Origin: Octopus sinensis
Lineage: Eukaryota
Assembly: GCF_006345805.1 (NCBI RefSeq)
Contig: NC_043025.1
Location: forward strand, 744,001 to 808,000
Length of the DNA stretch: 64,000 nt
Direction: 5' to 3'
Shown: one piece after another, positions 12,520 through 24,760 of the stretch
How the letters are laid out: every line of letters starts with the position of its first letter
Position numbering within the stretch: the first letter of the stretch is position 1
Translations under genes and position numbers: made by a program
Notes under the pieces: model-generated
What the model was told of the DNA's origin: nothing
The model's database searches: none
Seen by the model: the letters and a program-made list of their open reading frames with translations, nothing else

Positions 12520-14230
12520 GTCTGTCTCTCTCTCTCTCTCACGCATTCTGTCTCTCTCTCTCTCTCCCACTCTCATTCTTTCTCTGCTTCCTCATACATT
12601 AATATATCCCTCCCCTTCCCTAGGCTTTCTCTCTCTCACTCTTTCTTCCTTCCTTTCTCTCTCTCTCTCTCTCACGCATTCTGTCTCTCTCTCTCTCTCT
12701 CCACTCTCATTCTTTCTCTGCTTCCTCATACATTAATATACCCCTCCCCTTCCCTAGGCTTTCTCTCTCTCACTCTTTCTTCCTTTCTCTCTCTCTCTCT
12801 CTCACGCATTCTGTCTCTCTCTCTCTCCCACTCTCACTCCCACTCTCTGCTTCCTCATACATTAATATATCCCTCCCCTTCCCTAGGGTTTCTCTCTCTC
12901 ACTCTTTCTTCCTTTCTTTCTCTCTGTCTCTCTCTCTCACGCATTCTGTCTCTCTCTCTCCTCTCTCTCCCACTCTCATTCTTTCTCTCCTTCCTCATAC
13001 ATTAATATATCCCTCCCCTTCCCTAGGGTTTCTCTCTCTCACTCTTTCTTCCTTTCTTTCTCTCTGTCTCTCTCTCTCACGCATTCTGTCTCTCTCTCTC
13101 TCCCACTCTCATTCTTTCTCTGCTTCCTCATACATTAATATATCCCTCCCCTTCCCTAGGGTTTCTCTCTCTCACTCTTTCTTCCTTTCTTTCTCTCTGT
13201 CGCTCTCTCTCACGCATTCTGTCTCTCTCTCTCCCACTCTCATTCTTTCTCTGCTTCCTCATACATTAATATATCCCTCCCCTTCCCTAGGCTTTCTCTC
13301 TCTCAATCTTTCTTCCTTTCTTTCTCTCTCTCTCTCTCCCACTCTCATTCTTTCTCTGCTTCCTCATACATTAATATATCCCTCCCCTTCCCTAGGGTTT
13401 CTCTCTCTCACTCTTTCTTCCTTTCTTTCTCTCTCTCTCTCTCTCGCATTCTGTCTCTCTCTCTCCCACTCTCATTCTTTCTCTGCTTCCTCATACATTA
13501 ATATATCCCTCCCCTTCCCTAGGGTTTCTCTCTCTCACTCTTTCTTCCTTTCTTTCTCTCTGTCTCTCTCTCTCACGCATTCTGTCTCTCTCTCTCCCAC
13601 TCTCATTCTTTCTCTGCCTCCTCATACATTAATATATCCCTCCCCTTCCCTAGGGTTTCTCTCTCTCGTTCCCTTTCTTCCTTTCTCTCTCTCTCTCTCT
13701 CTCTCTCACGCATTCTCTCTCTCTCTCTCCCACTCTCACTCCCACTCTCTGCTTCCTCATACATTAATATATCCCTCCCCTTCCCTAGGGTTTCTAACTC
13801 TCACTCTTGCTTCCTTTCTATCTCTCTCTCTCTCTCTCACGCATTCTGTCTCTCTCTCTCCCACTCTCATTCTTTCTCTGCCTCCTCATACATTAATACA
13901 TCCCTCCCCTTCCCTAGGGTTTCTCTCTCTCGTTCCCTTTCTTCCTTTCTCTCTCTCTCTCTCTCTCACGCATTCTCTCTCTCTCTCTCTCTCCCACTGT
14001 CATTCTTTCTCTGCTTCCTCATACATTAATATATCCCTCCCCTTCCCTAGGGTTTCTCTCTCTCACTCTTTCTTCCTTTCTCTCTCCCTCTCTCTCTCTC
14101 TCCCACATTCTGTCTCTCTCTCTCTCCCACTCTCATTCTTTCTCTGCTTCCTCATACATTAATATATCCCTCCCCTCCCCTAGGGTTTCTCTCTCTCACT
14201 CTTTCTTCCTTTCTTTCTCTCTCTATCTCT
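12520..14230. repeat. CT-rich minisatellite, ~13 units of ~130 bp
   Basis: Anchor CATACATTAATATATCCCTCCCCTTCCCTAGG counted 13 times; unit length varies with the (CT)n runs. Confidence 0.9.
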
Positions 14231-14440
14231 CCCACCTCCTTATATCTTACCCTCTCCCTCCTCCTCTCCCTTTATTCCTAAGAAACCTTACTTTCTTACA
14301 AATAAATTATATTTTCAGATTTACCTTCAAATTTCTCTCTCGCTAATTATTTTACCAGAAGCTAATTATTTAACTAACCATTAATTACATAATTACTGTG
14401 TAGTTCTTAATTGAGCAACTTAAATAGCCGAGACAGTGAT

Positions 14441-15205
14441 GAACAATTTAAGAAGCATTTATTCAAAGAATCCTCCTACACCTGGTTTGACATCATGCTA
14501 GAAATAACAGCCCACTACACTCAAAGTTGCTTTGTTTTTCATACGAAATTGAAAGACAATTTAAGAAGCATTTATAAAACTTTTTCGCGGATCTGGTCAG
14601 ACTTCTTCCTCGAATGAGAAACCAAGTGAAGAAGCGTCTATAAAACGTATTGGTGGTCTGGTATCTTGCTAGAAATAACAGCCCACTACACTCAAACTTG
14701 CTTTGTTTTTCATACGAAATTGAAAGACAATTTAAGAAGCATTTATAAAACTTTTTTCCGGACCTGGTCAAACTTCTTCCTCGAAAGAGAAACCAAGTGA
14801 AGAACCGTCTATGAAACGTATTGGTGGTCTGGTATCTTGCTAGAAATAACAGCCCACTACACTCAAAGTTGCTTTGTTTTTCATACGAAATTGAAAGACA
14901 ATTTAAGAAGCATTTATAAAACTTTTTCTCGGATTTGGTCTGACTTCTTCCTCGAAGGAGAAACCAAGTGAAGAAGCGTCTATAAAACGTATTGGTGGTC
15001 TGTTATCTTGCTAGAAATAACAGCCCACTACACTGAAAGTTGCTTTGTTTCTCATACGAAATTGAAAGACAATTTAAGAAGCATTTATAAAATTTTTTCC
15101 CGGATCTGGTCAGACTTCTTCCTCGAATGAGAAACCAAGTGAAGAAGCGTCTATAAAACGTATTGGTGGTCTGGAGTCTTGCTAGAAATAACAGCCCACA
15201 ACACT
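14441..15205. repeat. Tandem array, ~4.5 x 171 bp
   Basis: GCTAGAAATAACAGCCC at 14497, 14668, 14839, 15010 and 15181 (period exactly 171). Confidence 0.95.
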
Positions 15206-15354
15206 ATAATTTACATCGTTTTTATGAAGGTCACTTTAAGGAGCTTCTAAGGAAATATAGTCCAATTGGGGATCAAATGTGATGCTAGAAATAACAGCCA
15301 AGTATGTTAAAGTTTGGTTTTGTGTTTCATATGAAAATGAAGGACACTTCGAAA

Positions 15355-17081
15355 CTCTTCTCTCTCCTTCCTCATTCTGTATTAATACCTCATCCTTTCC
15401 CTCTTCCTTTCTCTAATACATGATACTCCCTCTCTTATCACACACATCATTCCCTCTACTTCTCTACTCCTCTCCCTCCCCCTCTGTCACTTATTCATGT
15501 TATTGTTTAACCCCGCCTCCCTCATCCCTCGTTTTCTCTCAACTCTTACTCTCCCTCCCTCACAAAGCATATATCTCATACATCATCTCCGTTTCCTTCC
15601 CCCTCCCTCACATTTTGTCTCTCTCCCTCCCTCTTTACAACCTCATATCTCATACTCTCCCTCTACCTCTTTTGCGCTCCCTCTCTCCCTCTCTTTCTAA
15701 ACCTATGTATCATACTCTCTCACCCTCCACCTCCTTATATAATATTCTCTCATTCTCTTACCTCATTCTTTCCCTCCCTTTCTCCTCCCTTTCTCCTCCC
15801 TTTCCCTCTCCCTCTCTTTCTCTATGTCTGTCTTTCTCTCTCTTTGCTCTCTCCATTTCTCTATTTCAGTCTCTCTCTTTCACCCTCTCGCTTCTTATGT
15901 CTCTCTCTGTCTCCGTGTCTCTGTTTGTCTGTCTCTCTCTTTCTCCTTCTCTCCCTCTCCCTCTCTCTATTACCTTACTATATATTAATGCTCCGCCTTT
16001 TTACTCTTTCTCTCTCATCTCACACTCCTCCTCTCTTCTTAACATTTATTTCTCTAATCCCTCCTCCATCCACTCCCTCTCTCTCCCTCCTGGTCCCTCC
16101 CTCTCCTTCTTTCTCGTCATTAATTTTTCCCTCTCCCTCTCTCTCCTCATCATTCTTTTACAGAATTACGTCGCCTTCCTCTCTATCTCTCTCTCATTCT
16201 TTCTTTCTTTTTGTTTCCCTTTACTTACTTTCTCTTTCTTTCTTTTTCTTTCTTTCTTTCCTTTCTTTTTCTTTCTTTCTTTCGTTTCCTTTCTTTGTTT
16301 TTTCTTTCTTTCTTTCTTTCTTTCCTTTCTTTCTTTCCTTCTCTTTACTTTCCTTCTTTCTTTATTTCCTTTCTGTCTTTCTTTCTTCCTTCATTTCTCA
16401 CATTTTGTTTTCCTTTCTTTCTTTTTTCTTTCTTTCTTTTTTCTTTCTTTCTTTCTTTCTTTCTTTTTCTTTCTTTCTTTCTTTCTTCTCTCATTTCTCT
16501 CTTTCATTCTTTTTACTTTCTTTCCTTTTTGTCTTTCTTTCTTCCTTCATTTCTCACATTTTGTTTTCCCTTCTTTCTTTCTTTCTTTTCTTTCTTTCTT
16601 TCCTTTCTTTCTTTCTATCTTTCTTCTCTCATTTCTCTCTTTCATTCTTTTTACTTTCTTTCCTTTCTGTCTTTCTCTCTTCCTTCATATCTCTCATCTT
16701 TCCTTTCTTTCTTTCTTTCATTTTCGTTATTTCTTTGTTTTTCTTTCTGTTTTACATTTCCTTCTTCTTACCCTTCTTTCCTTTTTCTTTCCTCGCTTTT
16801 ATCTTTCCTTCTCCTTTGCTTCTTTCCTTTTTCCTTCTTGCTTTTTTGTCGCTGTTTCCTTTCCTTTCCTTTTCTCTCTCTCCCTCTCGCCCTGCTCTTA
16901 TCTTTCTCTTTTTCTTTCCTTCATTCTTTCTATCTTTCCTTCTTTCCTTTTCCTTTCTTGATACCTTTCTTTCTCCCTTTCTTTCTTTTTTTTCTTTCTT
17001 TCTTTCTTTCCCCCCGCTCTCATCTCTTTGTTTATTACGGAATCACTTCGCTTTCTTTCTTTCTTCTTTCTTTCTTTCTTT

Positions 17082-17113
<32 letters not shown>

Positions 17114-17310
17114 GCTCTCATTTCATGCATTATTACAGAATCACGTTACTTTATTCCTTCCTTGCTCTTTTCTTTCATTCCTTCTTTTTTCTCTTTTCTT
17201 TCTTCCTTTCTCTCTCTCTCTCTCTCTCTCTCCCTCTATCACTCTCTTTCATTCTTTCCTTCCCTTTACTCTCTCTCTCACTCTCTTTCTTTCCCTTAAT
17301 CTCATTGTTT
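15355..17310. repeat. Polypyrimidine (CT/TTTC) low-complexity tract
   Basis: Direct reading; source of the F/L/S-rich ORFs 15420-17481. Confidence 0.95.
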
Positions 17311-17897
17311 CCCTCCCAAAACCATTTCGACTTTTATAAAAGAATCTCACCTCTCTATTGTCTCGCATCATTCGCGAAACAGCAAGCAAACACCTTGAAA
17401 TTCCTAATGTTTTGTTTTTATAAAAGCAGGACACTTGAGGAAGCGTCTATCAAATATATTGTCCTACAGGTGGTCGGGTAATATGCTAAAAATAATAGAT
17501 TATATTTTGTATTGCTTTTCATGAAGGATTAAAAGAGACTTTAAGAAGCATCCGGAGGAATATTATCCAATTGGTAGTCCTACGTGATGCTAGAAATAAC
17601 AGCCAAGTACATCAAAGTTGTCTGTTGTCACTCATATAATAATTAAAGGTACTCAGAAAATCCTCTCTCTCCCAACCCAGCCTATTTTAATATATCACCC
17701 CAAATCTAAGCCGAATACCCCTAACATCTAAGCCACTTGCCTTCACTTCAGCGACCATGCAAACTCTGTGATGATTGCAGGCAGAGTGAAACGAAAAGGT
17801 AAGAATATGTATATGTATTTTAAAGAAAATATTTATATTTTAAAAGATTATTTACGTATATTTATTAATTAATTATTCTATTATTGTAGTTTAATTT

Positions 17898-18000
17898 TAA
17901 CCTGATGAGTGGCTATATTTATATCGAACTGGTTTTACTACTACTATTAATTATTTTACTATAGTCGTTTCTTAAATATAGCCACGAAACACGTTCGTTA
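17898..18000 (+). ncRNA. Type I hammerhead-like motif with long stem II
   Basis: TAAC / CTGATGA (17902-08) / GTGGCTATATTTA ... TAAATATAGCCAC (13 bp perfect) / GAAAC / ...TTC / GTTA. Stem III is imperfect. Confidence 0.55.
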
Positions 18001-18200
18001 TTCTACCAAATATATACGTTTTATTTATTATTATTTTGCAATTTACTTAATCATCGGTATATTATTGCTATTTTATATTTAATATTTCTATTATATGTAA
18101 TATTCTGGTGTAATTTAATTGTTCATTTTCAATTGATAAAAGGTGGCTTTTTTCTAATTCATATATATATGTATATATATAAATATATATATATATATGA

Positions 18201-18260
<60 letters not shown>

Positions 18261-18261
18261 C

Positions 18262-18344
<83 letters not shown>

Positions 18345-18348
<4 letters not shown>

Positions 18349-18720
18349 GATCGTTAGCTACTACACGCATGTTTTCTCTCCTTGTTTCTCTCCCTGTTTT
18401 TTTCTGTGTATCTTTCTGTGGAAGAGCGTAGGCTCGAGACGTAAAAGACTTTTTCTATTCCTGAGCGCTATAGTAATACATGTGTTTGTTTGTACACCAC
18501 CTGCCTTCGCCTTTTGTTTATTTTCGTAAACTTTCCCTTTATATATATATATAGTTAGTCCAAACATGAAAACACAAAGAGAAAACACAACAACGCGAGG
18601 ACGTGGAACAAGTATAGTATTATTGGACGCCGAGGAAAGAAGGAAAGGAGGAGGGTTTAACGTTTCGAGAGGAGCTCTTCGTCAGAAACATAGGAAAAGG
18701 AAAGATCCAATGAAGGGAAG
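18345..18720. mobile_element. Convergent pair of Penelope-type terminal fragments with hammerhead motifs
   Basis: Degenerate + motif at 18411-18448 and canonical-core - motif at 18655-18689, separated by a short (TA)n. Confidence 0.55.
18655..18689 (-). ncRNA. Minimal hammerhead ribozyme motif
   Basis: GTTT-CTGACGA-A-GAG-CTCCT-CTC-GAAA-CG-TT-AAAC; palindromic AACGTT stem III, GUU site, 4-bp stem I. Confidence 0.6.
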
Positions 18721-18957
18721 ACGGAGGAAAAAATCCCGAACTTTACACAGAAGGAGATATATTTAAGAATTTACAAAAAATTGGAGAGGAATACCGGACT
18801 TGTCTTTCTGACATTTTCTATCTTGTGTTTAGCTAAAGAATGTTTGCTATTTGAAAGAATTGTGTGACCGTTTGTTTTTTTTTTGGGGGGGGGGCAATGT
18901 GGAATCAAAAGGATTTTTTGTTTCTGGGATAGTCTGTCATGGTTCAGTGTTTTTGGG

Positions 18958-19071
18958 ACTGGTGTAGTTTAGAAAAAACAAGTAAGGAGTCGAGATCCTC
19001 CACCAACACCACAACAAGACCTGGAGACTGTCTTAGCTGAAGAATAGAAAAATATTCCTTTGGAAACAATT
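18958..19071 (+). pseudogene. Tc1/mariner transposase C-terminal remnant
   Basis: WCSLEK/QVRSRDPPPTPQQDLETVLAEE*KNIPLETI resembles the Tc1 C-terminus LW..LE..V....P.....L...L.EEW..IP; one frameshift, one stop. Confidence 0.6.
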
Positions 19072-20049
19072 GGCCCCAGAGTTTAGTGTGGCGAGTGTAT
19101 GGGTCTGTGTATGTGTGTGTACGTGAGTGTCTGTGTGTCTGTCTGAATATGTTCGTGTTGTGTTAATTGTCCTGGTGGTATATATATATATATATATATA
19201 TATTATATTTATATATATAATTACAGCGTGGAAGGTGTTTGTAAGCCATTTAAGAAACACGGAAAAGCCGTTCGGTTCTCTTCAACATTTAAGTTTAATT
19301 TGTCAAAATATTTTCGTCGCTAAAATCCGCGACTTGTTCACTGACAAAAATCCGTGCTGCATCTGAGAAAGTAACAGTTAGTTCGTCATATATATGTACG
19401 TATGTATGTGTGTATGTATGCATACACGCATGTATGCATGCATCCATGTATGTATGTATGTACGTACATACGCTTATATGTATGTATGTATGTATGTGTG
19501 TGTATATGCACGCACATACACACTATAAACTTAAAACTATAAACCTGTAGTGATGGATAGATGTAGACTGACCACTCTTCACAATAATATCAAACTTCAA
19601 CCTTCCCCGCCGAAACTAGGAAGTGATTTACGACCCTCACCCCCAAAACAAAACTCTAAAACCTATTATCAGACATTTATCTCAGTATCACAAAACTTTT
19701 GTTTTTACTATAACTATTTTTTTTCGACTTACATCTAGTTAGTTCAGGTTAAATATGTATACGTATGTATGTGTGTATGTATGTATGTGTGTATGCACGT
19801 ACGTACGCATGTGCGTATGTATGTGTGTGCGTACATGTACGTGCGTATGTACGTGTGTATGCCCATACGCAGGTATGTATGTATGTTTGTACTTATGTGC
19901 TACATATGTATGTGAGTATCTAGGAGAATGGGCAGACGTGTCTGTGTGTGTGTACATGTGTATGTGTATGTGAACGTATGTCCGTGTACTGGTAGGTATC
20001 CGTCCAAGTTGTGTACATCACTGTTACTTTGTTAAAGGTTGTCTATATA

Positions 20050-20279
20050 TTTCTTTACTACCCACAAGGGTCTAAACACAGAGGGGACAAACAAGGACAG
20101 ACAAAGGGATTTAAGTCGATTGCATCGACTCCAGTGCGTAACTGATACTTAATTTATCGACCCAGAAAGGATGAAAGGCAAAGTCGACCTCGGCGGAATT
20201 TGAACTCGGAACGTAACGACAGACGAAATACGGCTACGCATTTCGCCCGGCGTGCTAACGTTTCTGCCAGCTCGCCGTC
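20050..20279 (-). mobile_element. SINE family B with 24-bp target-site duplication
   Basis: ACTTTGTT(A/G)AAGGTTGTCTATATA at 20026-20049 and 20280-20303. Confidence 0.85.
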
Positions 20280-20535
20280 ACTTTGTTGAAGGTTGTCTAT
20301 ATACACACATATATGTTTGTATAGACGCACACACATATATATATGTGTGGGTGTTTGTTCCTCTCATCATCGTCTAACTGTGAATGGATACAACATTTCG
20401 GTGCAACTGTGCACATATAACCATATACATATACGCAAGAACACACAATCATATAGACACACTCATAAATATACATATAATCTTAAATTATATACTCATA
20501 TATACTTATCCACTTCTACATACATATGTCCTATT

Positions 20536-20568
<33 letters not shown>

Positions 20569-20928
20569 CACATGCACACACATGCATAAACATACATACG
20601 CACACACACACACACACACATACAAAATACGACACAGTATACAAGGGCAACGGTTAAAAATCGAACATGCATTATATTAACCTATCTGCTCTTTTTCTTT
20701 TTTCTTTTTTTTATATATGCATAAGCGCATACATATACAATACATACATACATCCATACATGCTCATATGTGCATGTATGTGCATTTTTTCTTATAGCAC
20801 CACACACGCACATACGTATCGAACAACGTACGCCCATACGGTTATATATAACTGCACATAAGTGTTTTAGCACCACGCATTGCAACATGTATGTAAGGAT
20901 TACATGTAAACGAGAGAGAGAGAGGTGG

Positions 20929-21438
20929 TTATAGAATGGTCCTCCTGAATGGGATCTGGATGTTACTCCATTCGGATTTTCGGTTGAGAGTAGGTTTGTA
21001 TTCTTGTATACAAACAGCTTCTGTGACCTGTCTCAACATTGCATCGGTGGGATGTGTTGATAGGATGTTTAACTTAAGTTTCCCTGAGGATCCCCCGTGG
21101 CAGTCCACAGCATGTTGGTAGAAGATGGAGTTTGGCTTCCTTTCAATGTAGTTGTCCAGGTGTTCTTTGAACCTATCATTGATACTTCTAGAAGTCTCAC
21201 CTATGTATGACTCTGGGTTAGTCGCACAAGCTCCTTCTTGGCACTCAATTTGGTATACGGTGCCCTTGCATTTGCTGTTCACATGTGGGTTTGTCGAACA
21301 TACTGCACAATTACTTTGACAGGTGATTCTATCAAATGGATATGAACTGCATAATGCAGATTTGGCATTATGCAGATCATATCCATTTGACAGAATCACC
21401 TGAGAGGTGAAAGGTAGAACAACAAAGGGCCATTGACA
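20929..21438 (-). mobile_element. Penelope-like element C-terminal GIY-YIG endonuclease fragment
   Basis: VYQIEC...C...SYIGETSRSINDRFKEH...H...H...E...I...KPTLN preceded by C-rich linker and VVLPF; this is the GIY-YIG/CCHH layout of Penelope-like elements. No RT domain seen. Confidence 0.85.
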
Positions 21439-21637
21439 TCAATCGGATCCATTGTCAGGTTAAAGACCGCAGGTGAGAACAAGATGTCTCTTATGCAAAA
21501 CAACTGCTCAAACAAGATTGTCAACGACTACCATCATAGGTGTATGAATGCGTCCATCACACACTGAAACACCAGCCGCGACCACCACAAACATATAAAT
21601 GCATACAAATAAACATGCGTGTGTGTGTGTGTGTGTG

Positions 21638-21669
<32 letters not shown>

Positions 21670-22826
21670 ACACCCGTCTGGCTACTTCATTTGAATTTTA
21701 CAATATCGATGCTTTTCCAGTTCTGTTGCGTTTCGCTGGAGAACCGTTTTCCCCCAATGTCCAGCGACTCGGAGATCAAACATCTCTATTGTCAATTAAA
21801 ATGCAGCAGGCGAGGACAGAAAGTCTCTTAAGCAAGAAGTCAACCAAAACCTCACAACGGAAAATGTGAACGACTACCATCACAGTTATGTGTATGTGTC
21901 CATCTCACACACACACACACACACAGACACATAGACACACATAAATGCAGGTAAATGAATGTGTTTGTACGTGCATCCGTGAGAGAGATTGTGTGTGTGT
22001 GTTTGTGTGAGTGTGTGTATATGTATGCATGTATGTAGGTATATGTATATATATATATATATACATAGATACATATATATATATACATATATATACGTAC
22101 ATACATACATACACATATATATATAAAATATACATATATATATATATGTATATATATATACATATATAGATACATACATTAATCGTCCCAGCGACGATTG
22201 ACAAGCGCAGTGAACATCCCTCTCACTTAGCGATGCGGCAAATTGTACCGATAGAATGAGTGTCGGGCTTAGATATTACTTGGGTTGATATGTTGGACTA
22301 AAAACTTAAAGTTGGTTCCAAACCAACTCTGACAGTGTGCTTCCTATGTAAACACCAACCGCTTTTATTAGACGGTTATATCAATGCATAATTGATGTAA
22401 TTTGTATGTCAATAGCCTTCTTCAGCCGCGTACAATTACTACTCCAAGGACATGTATTACATTAGTTTGGGAAAAAGACGAATTACGTTGGGGATGCAAA
22501 TCCTCATAGTCCTGTACAACAGAGCGAGGCACCAAAACAAAATCGAAGCGTCCATCCCGTTTTTCACGAAGAATGGGTTCTCAAGAAAAATCTCAGCAAA
22601 AATCCAACGTGTAAAAATAAGCAGAGACACATGAAAATATTCGAAATACGTAAATATTAACAAGTGAAACCAATTGGTAGATAGGGAATCGTTTTTCATT
22701 TCGGATATTTTCACTTTGGCTTTTTGCTGAGATTTCTCTTGAGAACACATTCTTCGTGGTAAATGGCGATTTGACGTCTATGTTTAGCATATAGGCTATC
22801 CACTTTTAGTGGTCAGTCGTCTAAAT

Positions 22827-22915
<89 letters not shown>

Positions 22916-22989
22916 CATATAACGTATATATATACACACATATATATACATATATACATACATATATATATACATACATATATATATAT

Positions 22990-23052
<63 letters not shown>

Positions 23053-24760
23053 GAAGTGACTAATGTTGCTAGTAAGCAGCAGCAACATTGCTAGAAATAA
23101 GAGTCAGAATGACTCTTAGCCATCAGTAAGCAAGGGATACAAGCTCCATAGTGCAAGCAAGACAGAGCCGGATCATCGATGATTTCGGATGTGTGATGCA
23201 TTCCCTGTGGTTGCCAAAGGTTAAAACTCAACTGGCCTTGTCTGTTTATAAGAAATACCAAAGCAACCAGTGGCTCGTGGCTAAGAGTTGATTTGGCTCG
23301 TATTTCTAACAATACTTTTGCTTTTTCGTTGTAAATTGTGAATAGTTACCCCAATGATTTATAATTTTCACTTTTATCATTCACGGAATCAGCCACTGAT
23401 ACACACCTGCATACACACACACACACATAAATCAATGACAACTTTTGTCTGACTTTTACCATCTTAATGTTTAAACCAATAAACCAATATTCACGAAACT
23501 TTTCGTTCATGTTACACTAACATTCAGTTAAGTGATAAGCTAATTGGATTCCTATAAAAATCTATAACGTGCAACCCAGGGGCATTGGAACAAATAAAAT
23601 TTTAAAATGATAAAGTTGCAAAACGTATTAATTTGACGGAAAGAGAGTATCAAAGAGAGAGGGAGAATTCTATCAGTGAAGGCGAGAACATCAGCAAGAA
23701 TGGGATTTTAATGTTAATATAGCTGTCATATACACGCGACGCTGCATACATACTTTTGTAAATACATTGATACAACACACACATACACAGAGAAGGGTGT
23801 ATTTTATGAATATGTAGTTTCCGTGAGAGACAGAGTGGGTAGCTTTTCTGATGTTTATCGGCGAAGAAACACTCACACATAGATACACGCATACATATGA
23901 GTATATACATACAGGGTACATGCATATGTCTATTATACAACATTTTAAACTCGTTATTCCCTGTGTGTACGTATTTAAACGTGTGTGTGCGTGTGTAACA
24001 CGTCCTATAACTGTCTGTCTCTCTAATTTTGTAGGGACATCCCTGTTACTGTCACATATTTTGGGAGAGTATAACTAGGTCAATATTTCCAAATTTAGTA
24101 ACTTGAAATAACTTTGTTGCTTGTTTGTTGCAGAAAAGTTGCAGGAAAAGTTTAGTGAGGTTTAAAGTTTAACAAATATTACATAATCATAAAACAGGAT
24201 TTGGAAGCTGGCATAGGAGCCAATTCTGGGATGCTGGAATCTTTATGTTGAAGGAAAAACGGAGAAAGGAGAAAGGTTGTGCAACAAAATGGTTCATATT
24301 TAGTTGAATAAATATTCAATCACATAATATTGTTTTCTCTTCTAATTTCCTTAAATAATCGCCATGAACTTTCCTTAAGTACCAAGCATTCTACTCTCAG
24401 CTACAAATGAAGGTAGATAACTATCAACATATGGGATGATGTTAAATCTGCCGATATAACAATGGAAGCGTTTAAGTAGGCAATTAAGTATGGCAACAAC
24501 AACGAACGGATATTTCAAAGTTTATCTTTATTTCAAAAGCTAATTTCTAACAAAGGAACCAAACCAGTGAAGGGTATCTCTAATGTGAGAGATAGATCCG
24601 CTAGAATTAGTAGCTAAATCCACTGCACTCCACACCTCATCATTGTAAAGGAGGACACATTGGAGAATGTGGTTCTTGGTTCTCTATACTTTGGTCAAAG
24701 GTCTCTCTCTTTGGTCAGCATTCACCTGGGAGTAAATAACAGCAGAATTTACACAGAAAT

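Noticed and set aside
9563-15205. CRISPR-like appearance of the 121-, 130- and 171-bp arrays
   Set aside because: Whole units repeat with no unique spacers, there are no cas genes, and the context is eukaryotic.
21399-21430. Splice-acceptor-like tract (ttcacctctcag|GTG) in front of the GIY-YIG ORF, suggesting a domesticated exon
   Set aside because: The upstream sequence continues in frame as VVLPFTSQ, resembling the PLE linker motif, so the pyrimidine run is better explained as coding sequence of the element.
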